DNA of 43,301 bases from a bacterium (GTDB lineage Bacteria; Patescibacteriota; Minisyncoccia; Minisyncoccales; CG1-02-41-26): contig JAGYMG010000001.1 of assembly GCA_018400675.1 (NCBI GenBank), forward strand, positions 1 through 43,301, read 5' to 3'. The number at the start of each line of letters is the position of its first letter. Position 1 is the stretch's first letter. Of the stretch, positions 7,539-15,323 are shown one piece after another. The position numbers and the translations under genes are program-made. A model generated the notes under the pieces. That model saw nothing but the letters and a program-made list of their open reading frames with translations, was not told the origin of the DNA and searched no databases.

Positions 7539-7566
7539 ATGATAACACTGAGAATAGCATTGTCAA
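7539..7566 (-). promoter_or_regulatory. Candidate promoter of the RiPP operon (TTGACA-16-TGT-TATCAT, extended -10)
   Basis: Read on the minus strand: TTGACA (7561-7566), a 16-nt spacer ending in TGT, then TATCAT (7539-7544). It lies about 45 nt upstream of the precursor ATG. Confidence 0.55.
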
Positions 7567-7601
7567 GAAATAATCTTTATTTTTAAGAATAGCGTTGGTA
7601 G

Positions 7602-8333
7602 TCATTTCTTCTTTTCTAGCGGCAATATAAGGTGAAAGGTGCTGCCCTGGCCTGCCCCGGCTGATTCCGCCCAAATCCGGCCACCGTGGGCTTCAATAAT
7701 CTTGCTGGAGATATAGAGACCCACCCCCTTGCCCAGGGCATAGACCTCCTTGGCTTTTTCTCCTCGCTCAAAGATCTGATTGAATATTTGTTGGGACTGT
7801 GCTGGACTCATGCCAATACCTGTATCCCGGACAATAATCTCCAATGCTGAGTTCTTCTTTAGTTCTACTACTACCCCACCCTGCTGGGTGTATTGGATGC
7901 CATTATTGATAATGTTGTAAAGGGCTTCCTTGAATTTGGCTGGATCGACCTTAATCTGGGGCAGACTCCGGGGCTGCTGCAGTTCCAGGGAGAGCCCCTT
8001 CTCTGCAGCCTCAGGCCTTAACTCCTCGATCACTGACTGGACTAACTCTACTGGTTTCACCTTGGTTAGCTTAAGGATACTCTTACCCATCTGGAACTGG
8101 GAGATGTCGAGGAAGTCATTGACCAGACGAATCAGTTTTTCGGTGGACTCCCTGAAGAATCTGAGCTTGTCTTTAACCATTTGATTCACCCGACCATAAT
8201 CCCCTTCCAAGATCATAGAAACATAACCCTTCATAATGGTTAAGGGTGTCCTGAGGTGATGCTGGGTGGCCATAATAAACTGGCTCTTGGCTGCGTCTAA
8301 TTTCTTTAATTCCTGATGGGCTTGCTTTTCCAC
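7602..8333 (-). CDS. Sensor histidine kinase, C-terminal fragment (HisKA + HATPase_c)
   Basis: 243 aa read from a GTG start. H-box FIMATQHHLRTPLT, N-box NIINNGIQYT, G-boxes VRDTGIGM and GVGLYISSKIIEAHGGRIW. It is in the same reading frame as 8427-9824. Confidence 0.75.
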   Translation of the reverse strand: MEKQAHQELKKLDAAKSQFIMATQHHLRTPLTIMKGYVSMILEGDYGRVNQMVKDKLRFFRESTEKLIRLVNDFLDISQFQMGKSILKLTKVKPVELVQSVIEELRPEAAEKGLSLELQQPRSLPQIKVDPAKFKEALYNIINNGIQYTQQGGVVVELKKNSALEIIVRDTGIGMSPAQSQQIFNQIFERGEKAKEVYALGKGVGLYISSKIIEAHGGRIWAESAGAGQGSTFHLILPLEKKK

Positions 8334-8426
8334 CTGATAGGCTTGCTTGACCTGCTGGTAAGCTTCTCTTAGTTCCTTGGTCTGCTGAGCTACCTTCAGC
8401 TGGAGGTTCTCCGAGAGATCCTGGAC

Positions 8427-9824
8427 CTAGTCATAGAGCTTGGCATTCTCCAGGGCAATCGAGGCCTGGCTGGCTAAGGCAGTCAGGAGGTCGAGGTCTT
8501 CCTTGGAATAAGGATCGCCAGAGATCTTGCGACCGAGGACAATCATGCCGATGATATTGTCTTCCCGGAAGAGCGGTAGGCAGAGGGTGGCCTCAATTCG
8601 CTTCATGTTCTCCTGGAGCTGAGCCAGATTCTCTTTCTCCTCTCTCAAGACAGAGTCTTTCTTGATCAAGGAGAGTTCTTCATAGACCAGGGGTCGTCCT
8701 GTTTGCTGGAGATACTCGGTCAGGAAGTTGTCCTGGACCAGGGAGATACCATTCTCCTCCTTAAAGCCAATGTTCCTGAGGATGGTATAGTTGCCTGTCC
8801 CCTCTCTCAAGAGAATGACTGTTCTTTCTAATTTCATTGTCTCTATCAGGGTGTTAACAATGAGATGGCTGAGTTTCTTTAGGTCAAGGATCCGGGTCAG
8901 CTTGTTGGCCAGTTCGGTCAAGACCTGTTGGTAGGAATAAAAAGTATAGTAGAAGTACTTGGCAGCTATCTCCTCGTAGAAACGGAAGACGGGCTGGAAG
9001 AGGAGAACAGCCAGGACAATGGTTAAGGGACCAATGATGTTGAAGGAAAAACCGTTGCCCGGGAACAAGCCGTTGAGGAATATTGTGAGAAAACTGAAAC
9101 CAACCACTGATAAAAGAGACAAGAGATAGACAGCACTCTTACCGAGGACTAAGCGGATATCCATGAGACGGTAGCGGGTTACAGCATAACTTAATATAAG
9201 AGGATAAAGAAAGACTAAAAAATTACCATAAGGAAGAATGGGAATATCATACCAAAGAGGATAGTTAGTTGCTCCCCCACCAAAACCGACTAGAACAGCC
9301 AACAGTATGTATTTAATCTGTTCGTGCAAGAAACCCCGAGACTTAAAATAAACAAATAATAATTCATAAACTGCATAGCCTATTAATCCTATGTAGCTAA
9401 CAAAAATATAAATCGTATAAATTATGCCTGCTCTGGGCCACCATAAAAAAGAGGCTGTTGGCTCTAAGGATTTAATATAAAAAGGGTTAAAAACAAAAAA
9501 TAAGAAAAATATACTCAAGGAATATCCGAAGAAAATAATAGCTTTCTTTTTTTTATCCCTTTTCAGTAGAACGAGAACCCAGTGCAGAAAAGTTATAGGA
9601 ATAAAAATTGAACCAATTGTTAAAAGACGAACCCAAAAGAAGGCCAGCTCTTTTGTTTGACTAATTAGCCAAAATCCGTAAGAAAAAGACCAGAAACTAA
9701 AAGATAAGGTCAGTAGAGCAAATATTTTATTAACTAGTTTTTTAGGATTTTTTAGATAGACAAAAGCTCCAAAAATAATACCAACTAGCCCATTGATAAA
9801 ACCAGAAAGAGCGAAAATAGCCAT
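8427..9824 (-). CDS. Sensor histidine kinase, N-terminal fragment (multi-pass membrane sensor + GAF domain)
   Basis: 465 aa. About 250 aa of hydrophobic helices are followed by a GAF-like domain (CLPLFREDNIIGMIVLGRK...LASQASIALENAKLYD). It ends at TAG 8427-8429. Confidence 0.75.
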   Translation of the reverse strand: MAIFALSGFINGLVGIIFGAFVYLKNPKKLVNKIFALLTLSFSFWSFSYGFWLISQTKELAFFWVRLLTIGSIFIPITFLHWVLVLLKRDKKKKAIIFFGYSLSIFFLFFVFNPFYIKSLEPTASFLWWPRAGIIYTIYIFVSYIGLIGYAVYELLFVYFKSRGFLHEQIKYILLAVLVGFGGGATNYPLWYDIPILPYGNFLVFLYPLILSYAVTRYRLMDIRLVLGKSAVYLLSLLSVVGFSFLTIFLNGLFPGNGFSFNIIGPLTIVLAVLLFQPVFRFYEEIAAKYFYYTFYSYQQVLTELANKLTRILDLKKLSHLIVNTLIETMKLERTVILLREGTGNYTILRNIGFKEENGISLVQDNFLTEYLQQTGRPLVYEELSLIKKDSVLREEKENLAQLQENMKRIEATLCLPLFREDNIIGMIVLGRKISGDPYSKEDLDLLTALASQASIALENAKLYD

Positions 9825-9845
9825 AAAGAATAAAAATTAAAAGCT

Positions 9846-10757
9846 CTAGTTATTTATTGGTTTTTGAGACCTGTTAACCCAAACCTGCTTAGCAAAAGTT
9901 TTTTCCCAAACCATATTTTTAAAACCAATATCTTCTAAAATAGATTCTAGCTCTTCTTTGGGCAGAAAATGATATATGCCTAATTGTCCTTTTTTTTGTA
10001 TCTGAATCGCATGCTTGAGTATCCTCCAGCCCTGTGAAATACGAGTTATATCTTTATGGACTATATATTCATAGATATTAAGCATGTCCGGGATAGAGGC
10101 CAGAAAAACATATTCAAAACGAACATTTTTTTTAGGCGTTGACCAGATTAAATGACCGCCAGGTTTCAAAACTCTAAAGGTTTCCTCCAAAACTGCTTCA
10201 AGGGCCGCCTTCCCTGTTTTGCCTTCAAAATCAGTGACATAGCTGAGGCAGAGGTTCGCTACAATTCCATCAAAATAATTATCCGGGAAAGGAAATTTTT
10301 TTCCAATACTAGCTGCTTTTAGCTCTAAAGGCATTGGCTCTTTTAGTTTCTCTATCGTCTCCAGGGCTGGTTTTAAAACAATGTCTATCCCAATAATCTT
10401 AGATAATTTTTTTTCTGATTTTTTCCATATTAACTGGCTGATTTTTGCGGGGCCGCAACCCGCGTCTAACCAGACCTCACCTTTTTTCGGCTCTATCAAA
10501 TTACTGATCGTTCTTGTCAAAAAATAATAAGGTCGAGCCTTTTCAAGATTACAATATATCTTTGCGTATTCTTCCCAAAAAGCTGTTTCTTCTTCCCATT
10601 GCTTCAACCTTTCTGAACTAACAGGGTTTAACTCAGACCCTGACTGATATTCCCCGTAAAGGTTATCCTTATTATTTTTTTCTTCTCTTTCTTCTTGAGC
10701 CATTAATTCTAAACTTAATGAATTCTTTAATTTTATAATCATTATCGAAAAAATCAA
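9846..10757 (-). CDS. Class I SAM-dependent methyltransferase
   Basis: Motif I is LDAGCGPAKIS. Post-I is IIGIDIV, followed by FDGIVANLCLSYV and LKPGGHLIW. The track start at 10757 is a TTG codon and the first ATG is at 10742. About 80 aa precede the methyltransferase fold. Confidence 0.7.
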   Translation of the reverse strand: MIFSIMIIKLKNSLSLELMAQEEREEKNNKDNLYGEYQSGSELNPVSSERLKQWEEETAFWEEYAKIYCNLEKARPYYFLTRTISNLIEPKKGEVWLDAGCGPAKISQLIWKKSEKKLSKIIGIDIVLKPALETIEKLKEPMPLELKAASIGKKFPFPDNYFDGIVANLCLSYVTDFEGKTGKAALEAVLEETFRVLKPGGHLIWSTPKKNVRFEYVFLASIPDMLNIYEYIVHKDITRISQGWRILKHAIQIQKKGQLGIYHFLPKEELESILEDIGFKNMVWEKTFAKQVWVNRSQKPINN

Positions 10758-10766
10758 GGTGATAAA

Positions 10767-10795
10767 TTGGCAAAATAAGATTTTTATCCTATTAT
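10767..10795 (+). promoter_or_regulatory. Candidate promoter (TTGGCA-17-TATTAT) abutting the ATG of the PEGA-domain gene; possibly a leaderless mRNA
   Basis: TTGGCA at 10767-10772, a 17-nt spacer, and TATTAT at 10790-10795. Only 6 nt separate it from the ATG at 10802, and there is no Shine-Dalgarno. Confidence 0.4.
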
Positions 10796-10801
10796 TAGAA
10801 A

Positions 10802-12211
10802 ATGACTAAGAAAAAACGCTTATTCTTCTCAATAACCTGCATAATACTCTTTCTTCTGGTTGCCCCGATCCTTGCTCTCTATTCTCAAGGCTATAAGCTT
10901 GATCTAGAAAAAATGCGGTTTGTAGCAACCGGAGGTTTTTATGTCCAAACCGAAAATACATCAGCCCAAATATATCTGGACGGGCGGTTCGAAAGAAAAA
11001 CCGGCATTCTCCAAAATAGTGCCTTGGTAAAAAATCTTATTCCTGGCGATTACCAGGTCAAGATAGAGCAAGAAGGATTTTTGAGCTGGGAAAAAACATT
11101 GCCCATATACTCTCAAAAAATAACCGAGATAAAAAATATTTTCCTGCTGAGAAAAAGACTACGATTCAATCTCTTGGCAAAAAATATAAGAGAATATTTA
11201 ATATCTCCGGACGGAAAAGAGCTGCTCCTGACAATAGACAATGAAGAGAAATGGCTAATCAAAACAGTCTCTTTAGAAAATCAGGAGGAAAGAAAGATTA
11301 TAGGAGCGGAATATTTTGAGGAAAGAAACCCAATAGCAGCGCCCAGTCTTTCAAACTGGCACCCCGAAACTAAAAGAATATTGTTGTCTTATACTGAAAA
11401 TGGAAAAAATGAATATCTCTTGATAAAGGATTATGAGACTGAAGAAAATAAAAAAATCATTCCTTTGAATAATATCCCTGATCAGGCCGAAAAAATTACT
11501 CTTGATGCTTCAGACGCCAGAGCTTTATTTTTTTTCCAGGACAAGACGATCCTGAGGCTGGAGGAAGGAATAGCACAACCCTCTCCCCTGCTTAATAATG
11601 CCATCAGCTATCTAATCAAGGACGGGGAAATAATATGGCTTTCTAAATCTGGTTTTCTTTATCGCTCTGGGCTTAGTGGAGAAACAAGAGAAATTATCAA
11701 TAGGAAACCCTTCCCTGTCCAAGAAGACAGCAATTATCAAATAGATTTTTACCGTTCCGACGTAGTCTTCCTCAGAGAGAGTGAAACTCTTTATTACCTC
11801 TCGGCAGCAGGCACTTTTGACAAAATATCCCAGGGCATCAAAGGATTAGTCCTGGCGCCCGACCAAACACGCCTAGCCTTTTGGAGTAATAATGAAATTT
11901 GGATTTTAGATCTTATCCCTGACCAGAGAGAAAATTATTATGGAGAGGAGAATATTGATCAGGAATACAGAGAGATATTCTTAAGCAGATTTTCAAAAAA
12001 AATAGGAGATTGCTTTTGGCTCACTCCTTATCATCTCATCTTTAATGTTGAGGATGATATTAAGATTACCGAGATTGATACCCGCGACCGACTGAATGTC
12101 TTTGGCCTAAAAAGCTTTAAGCATCCTTCAATATTCTTTAACCGGGAAAGAGACTGGCTACTTGTCTTTGCTGAAAATAATCTTTTCCTCTTTGACTCTA
12201 TCCTTGATTAG
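10802..12211 (+). CDS. Membrane-anchored PEGA-domain protein with a probable beta-propeller-like C-terminal region
   Basis: 469 aa with an N-terminal TM helix (LFFSITCIILFLLVAPILALY) and a PEGA-like segment (AQIYLDGRF...LIPGDYQVKIEQEGFLSWEKTL). This is one of only two plus-strand CDSs in the window. Confidence 0.5.
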   Translation: MTKKKRLFFSITCIILFLLVAPILALYSQGYKLDLEKMRFVATGGFYVQTENTSAQIYLDGRFERKTGILQNSALVKNLIPGDYQVKIEQEGFLSWEKTLPIYSQKITEIKNIFLLRKRLRFNLLAKNIREYLISPDGKELLLTIDNEEKWLIKTVSLENQEERKIIGAEYFEERNPIAAPSLSNWHPETKRILLSYTENGKNEYLLIKDYETEENKKIIPLNNIPDQAEKITLDASDARALFFFQDKTILRLEEGIAQPSPLLNNAISYLIKDGEIIWLSKSGFLYRSGLSGETREIINRKPFPVQEDSNYQIDFYRSDVVFLRESETLYYLSAAGTFDKISQGIKGLVLAPDQTRLAFWSNNEIWILDLIPDQRENYYGEENIDQEYREIFLSRFSKKIGDCFWLTPYHLIFNVEDDIKITEIDTRDRLNVFGLKSFKHPSIFFNRERDWLLVFAENNLFLFDSILD

Positions 12212-12893
12212 ACCCCTCTTGATCTTTCATTTTTTTCTTAAAATCTTCCCAGGCTATTTCTTCTTCTCCAGCCAAACGGCAGACCTCTTTAAACTGACAA
12301 TAACGACACTGCCAATTCTTAGGCCAGCCAGCAAAACGCTTGGGGACTACATGCTCATCCAGTTTTTTCTTCAGTCTTCTGAAATCTTCTAAGAGCGATT
12401 CAGCCAATCCCTGATTATATTTCATATGGAACTCCCTAATATTCTGATCATCCTTATTAATATATAGAAGGATACCATTCTGAATCTGGAAATAGTGAAG
12501 ATAGACCTGCAGCTGATAAATATTTTCTTCTTTAGGCTGAACTAATTTCCTAAAAATCATACTATTCATACTCTTGATGTCCACTACATAATTCTTGCTT
12601 TCAATAGAGAGGATGGCATCAGCCCGTCCGGAAACTAGACCATCACTAGGCATAGGCACCTCAGTAACTACGCCAATTCTTAGACGATAAAGAACGTCGA
12701 ATATGTTTCTATGGAAATGCTCCCCTCTTTCAAATATTCTTAACATACGAGGCTCCATTTTTTTTCGAGGGGCATTCTTAAACTTAAAAAAGATTGCCCG
12801 GGGACACTTACCAGCATCGCTGACATAGAAATGATTTTGTTTTCTACTGGTTTGCTGATCCAAATAAAACTGATCAATTAATTCTTTAAGCAT
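12198..12893 (-). CDS. PD-(D/E)XK nuclease of the Cas4/RecB-like type with a 4-Cys cluster
   Basis: 231 aa. One N-terminal Cys (DAGKCPRAIF), the nuclease core GRADAIL...VVDIKS, and a C-terminal CRYCQFKEVC. This is the C-x(n)-CxxCx5C arrangement of Cas4/AddB-type Fe-S nucleases. Confidence 0.6.
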   Translation of the reverse strand: MLKELIDQFYLDQQTSRKQNHFYVSDAGKCPRAIFFKFKNAPRKKMEPRMLRIFERGEHFHRNIFDVLYRLRIGVVTEVPMPSDGLVSGRADAILSIESKNYVVDIKSMNSMIFRKLVQPKEENIYQLQVYLHYFQIQNGILLYINKDDQNIREFHMKYNQGLAESLLEDFRRLKKKLDEHVVPKRFAGWPKNWQCRYCQFKEVCRLAGEEEIAWEDFKKKMKDQEGSNQG

Positions 12894-12931
12894 AATTTAA
12901 ATCTCTCATCGCGGGGATAAGAGTTTGAGAA

Positions 12932-12953
12932 AGAGAGCCTGAGAAGGCTCTCT
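12932..12953 (-). terminator. Hairpin downstream of rpsI (AGAGAGCC-N6-GGCTCTCT)
   Basis: An 8-bp perfect stem lies just after the rpsI stop. The U-tract on the minus strand is weak (UUCUCAAAC). Confidence 0.4.
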
Positions 12954-12965
12954 TGTTATTTCTTT

Positions 12966-13592
12966 TTAACGCTTACTCCACTGAGGAGCTCGCCGGGCTC
13001 TCTTTAAGCCAAATTTCTTTCGCTCCCTTACTCGAGGATCTCTGGTTAGAAAACCAGCTTTTCTTAATTTCTTTTTAAAATAAGGGTTTAAAAGACAGAG
13101 AGCTCGAGCAACACCATGTCTCAAGGCTTCGGCCTGACTATGAGAACCGCCGCCCTTTAAACTAGCTGTCACCTTAAATTTACTTGAGGCCTTAATGGCT
13201 TCTAAAGGACTCTCAACAATTTTTTGGAGTTCTAATGTTTCAAAATAACTATTGTAGGGCTTGCCATTAACCTCAATCTTCTTTTCCCCTTGGGTATACA
13301 ACCTTACTCTTGCCCGAGAAGTTTTTCTCCGACCCACAGCTTCAAAATATTTCTTTGTCTTGGTTATAGCAAAATCCTCTAACTCCTTTTCTTCGGAGTC
13401 TTTCTTTTTTGTTTCTTTTTCAATTTTTTGAGGAGCCTTCTTCTTAACTGTTTCCTTCTTCTTAGGCCTTTTGGCTGCAGCTGTTTTAACTTTGTCTCCC
13501 TTCACCTTCTTAACAATTTTTTGGGCAGTCCTTTTTGATCCCTTGGGCTCCTTTTTCTCTTTTTCTTTGTTTTTATTGGTTTTCTTGTCCAT
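12966..13592 (-). CDS. rpsI: 30S ribosomal protein S9 with an ~80-aa Lys-rich N-terminal extension
   Basis: The C-terminal 125 aa are typical S9 and end in RERKKFGLKRARRAPQWSKR. Confidence 0.95.
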   Translation of the reverse strand: MDKKTNKNKEKEKKEPKGSKRTAQKIVKKVKGDKVKTAAAKRPKKKETVKKKAPQKIEKETKKKDSEEKELEDFAITKTKKYFEAVGRRKTSRARVRLYTQGEKKIEVNGKPYNSYFETLELQKIVESPLEAIKASSKFKVTASLKGGGSHSQAEALRHGVARALCLLNPYFKKKLRKAGFLTRDPRVRERKKFGLKRARRAPQWSKR

Positions 13593-13938
13593 GGAATTTT
13601 AATCGCTTAATTTGTATAGCTCTTAATTTATTTTTAGGTAACATGCCTTGGACAGTTCTTATCAGCACTTTTTCCGGGCTTTTATCAAAAGCTACTCTCA
13701 TCCTCTCCTTTTTAAGACCGCCGGGATAACCGCTATGTCTATAATAAATTTTTCTATCCATTTTCTTGCCACTTACACCTACCTGCTTAATGTTTTCAAC
13801 AATAACAAAATCACCCATATCTTTATAAGGAACAAAATCTACTTTGCTTTTGCCTCTTAAGATATTAGCAATCTCAACTGCTAATCGCCCTAAGGGCTTA
13901 TCACTGGCATCGATTGTATAAGTTTTTCTTTTTATCAT
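13573..13938 (-). CDS. rplM: 50S ribosomal protein L13
   Basis: DASDKPLGRLAVEIANILRGK and the YYRHSGYPGG motif. 121 aa, which is short. It overlaps rpsI by 20 nt. Confidence 0.9.
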   Translation of the reverse strand: MIKRKTYTIDASDKPLGRLAVEIANILRGKSKVDFVPYKDMGDFVIVENIKQVGVSGKKMDRKIYYRHSGYPGGLKKERMRVAFDKSPEKVLIRTVQGMLPKNKLRAIQIKRLKFHGQENQ

Positions 13939-13940
13939 AA

Positions 13941-14309
13941 TTATTGTTTAGGACTCTTTTTCGTCACTAATTCAATTATTGCCATTCTGGCGCTATCACT
14001 CTTCCGTGGCAACAATTTAAGTATTCTGGTGTAGCCACCTGGTCTTTCCTTAAAACGAGGTGCAATATCTTCAAACAGTTTTTTAACAATATCAGGGGAT
14101 AACTCTTTAGCGATCAATCTTCTCCGAGCAAGACTGTCTACCTTAGCTTTAGTAATCATTTTCTCTGCTCGCGGTCTTATTTCTTTAGCCTTTGCCTCTG
14201 TTGTTGTTATCCGTTCATGCAAAAACAGTTCCCTCAAAAGAGATTTCCTGAGAGCTTTTCTGGGCCCAGTTTTCCTTGAAAATTTTCTACCTGTTCTTTT
14301 TTTGCGCAT
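13941..14309 (-). CDS. rplQ: 50S ribosomal protein L17
   Basis: RKLSR-type N-terminus, [16 protein letters not shown], and GGYTRI. Confidence 0.95.
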   Translation of the reverse strand: MRKKRTGRKFSRKTGPRKALRKSLLRELFLHERITTTEAKAKEIRPRAEKMITKAKVDSLARRRLIAKELSPDIVKKLFEDIAPRFKERPGGYTRILKLLPRKSDSARMAIIELVTKKSPKQ

Positions 14310-14319
14310 AATTTAACAA

Positions 14320-15300
14320 TTATTCTAATTCAAGTCCTAATCGCTTAATTCCTTTTTTAATCTCTTTAATAGCTTTATCACCCAAACCCTCTAAATCTTT
14401 AATTCCCTCTTCTTTCTTTCTAAGAATGCCAGCAACTGTTTTAAGATTATTATTTAACAAAGCATTTTTAGTTCTTTCTGATATTTTTAAGTCCTCTACC
14501 TTGCTCTTTTTTTTGTCTTCGGCATCGCTAGATTCTTTTTTGCTTTTTCCTTTCTTCTCTTTTTTCTTTTCAGCCGGAGGGTTTAATTCTTTTGAAAAAA
14601 GACTAAAATGCTCTAAAAATATATCGCAGGCTCTTAAAAACGCATCCTCTGGGGAAACAGTCCCATCTGTTTCAATCTCAATTTTAAGACGGTCAAAATC
14701 TGTCCGCTTCCCCCGTCTCATATTCTCTGTTGAGAGAGAAACCCTCTTAACAGGGGTAAAAATTGCATCGATAGGGATCATACCTATTTCTTTTTTTTGT
14801 TCTTCTCTTTGTTCTGACGGCTGATAACCAACGCCTTTCTCTACCAATGCCTCCATCTCTAACTGGCTGTTCTTACCGGTAAGATTAGCAATGACTAAAT
14901 CCGCATTCTCTATTTCTATTTGAGAAGACACCTTAAAGTCTTTAGCCTTAACCACTTTTTCTCCTTTAGCCTTGAGACTAATCTTTTCAACTTCTTCGCC
15001 AAAAAACTTGAATCTCAGCTTCTTCAGATTAAGGATAATAGTAACCACGTCCTCTAAAACGCCAGGCACGGTTGAGAATTCATGCCCCACGCCCTTTATT
15101 TTAACTTGGGTAATAGCTGCCCCTTCTAAAGAGGACAACAGGACACGCCTGAGGCTATTGCCGATGGTCACTCCATAACCTGGGTATAAACCCTCTATCT
15201 CAAAAATAGCTGTATTATTTTCTTTTTTTATTATTTTAGGTGAATCTGGTAAAGGAATCATATAAATATATGGACAAGGCATTACCTGGATATCTCTCAT
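14320..15300 (-). CDS. rpoA: DNA-directed RNA polymerase alpha subunit
   Basis: N-terminal domain GYGVTIGNSLRRVLLSS. A K/E-rich linker leads to a C-terminal domain with an HhH-like ISERTKNALLNNNLKTVAGIL. The real start is probably the Met of MIPLPDSP (15261). Confidence 0.9.
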   Translation of the reverse strand: MRDIQVMPCPYIYMIPLPDSPKIIKKENNTAIFEIEGLYPGYGVTIGNSLRRVLLSSLEGAAITQVKIKGVGHEFSTVPGVLEDVVTIILNLKKLRFKFFGEEVEKISLKAKGEKVVKAKDFKVSSQIEIENADLVIANLTGKNSQLEMEALVEKGVGYQPSEQREEQKKEIGMIPIDAIFTPVKRVSLSTENMRRGKRTDFDRLKIEIETDGTVSPEDAFLRACDIFLEHFSLFSKELNPPAEKKKEKKGKSKKESSDAEDKKKSKVEDLKISERTKNALLNNNLKTVAGILRKKEEGIKDLEGLGDKAIKEIKKGIKRLGLELE

Positions 15301-15323
15301 ATCCAGTCCCGCCTATCCTTTTA

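Larger units (their letters stand above)
7602..9824 (-). pseudogene. Possible single histidine-kinase gene disrupted by one in-frame TAG
   Basis: 9824 minus 8333 is 1491, which is divisible by 3. The 93 nt between the fragments read through as VQDLSENLQLKVAQQTKELREAYQQVKQAYQ, a coiled-coil linker typical of the GAF-to-HisKA connection. Confidence 0.45.

Noticed and set aside
8427-8429. The in-frame TAG in the histidine kinase read as evidence for stop-codon reassignment.
   Set aside because: TAG also terminates well-defined genes here (rpmJ at 16869-16871, ndk at 43051-43053, and the precursor ORF). TGA and TAA are likewise used as stops, including TGA in both ATGA overlaps. Standard code 11 fits the whole window.
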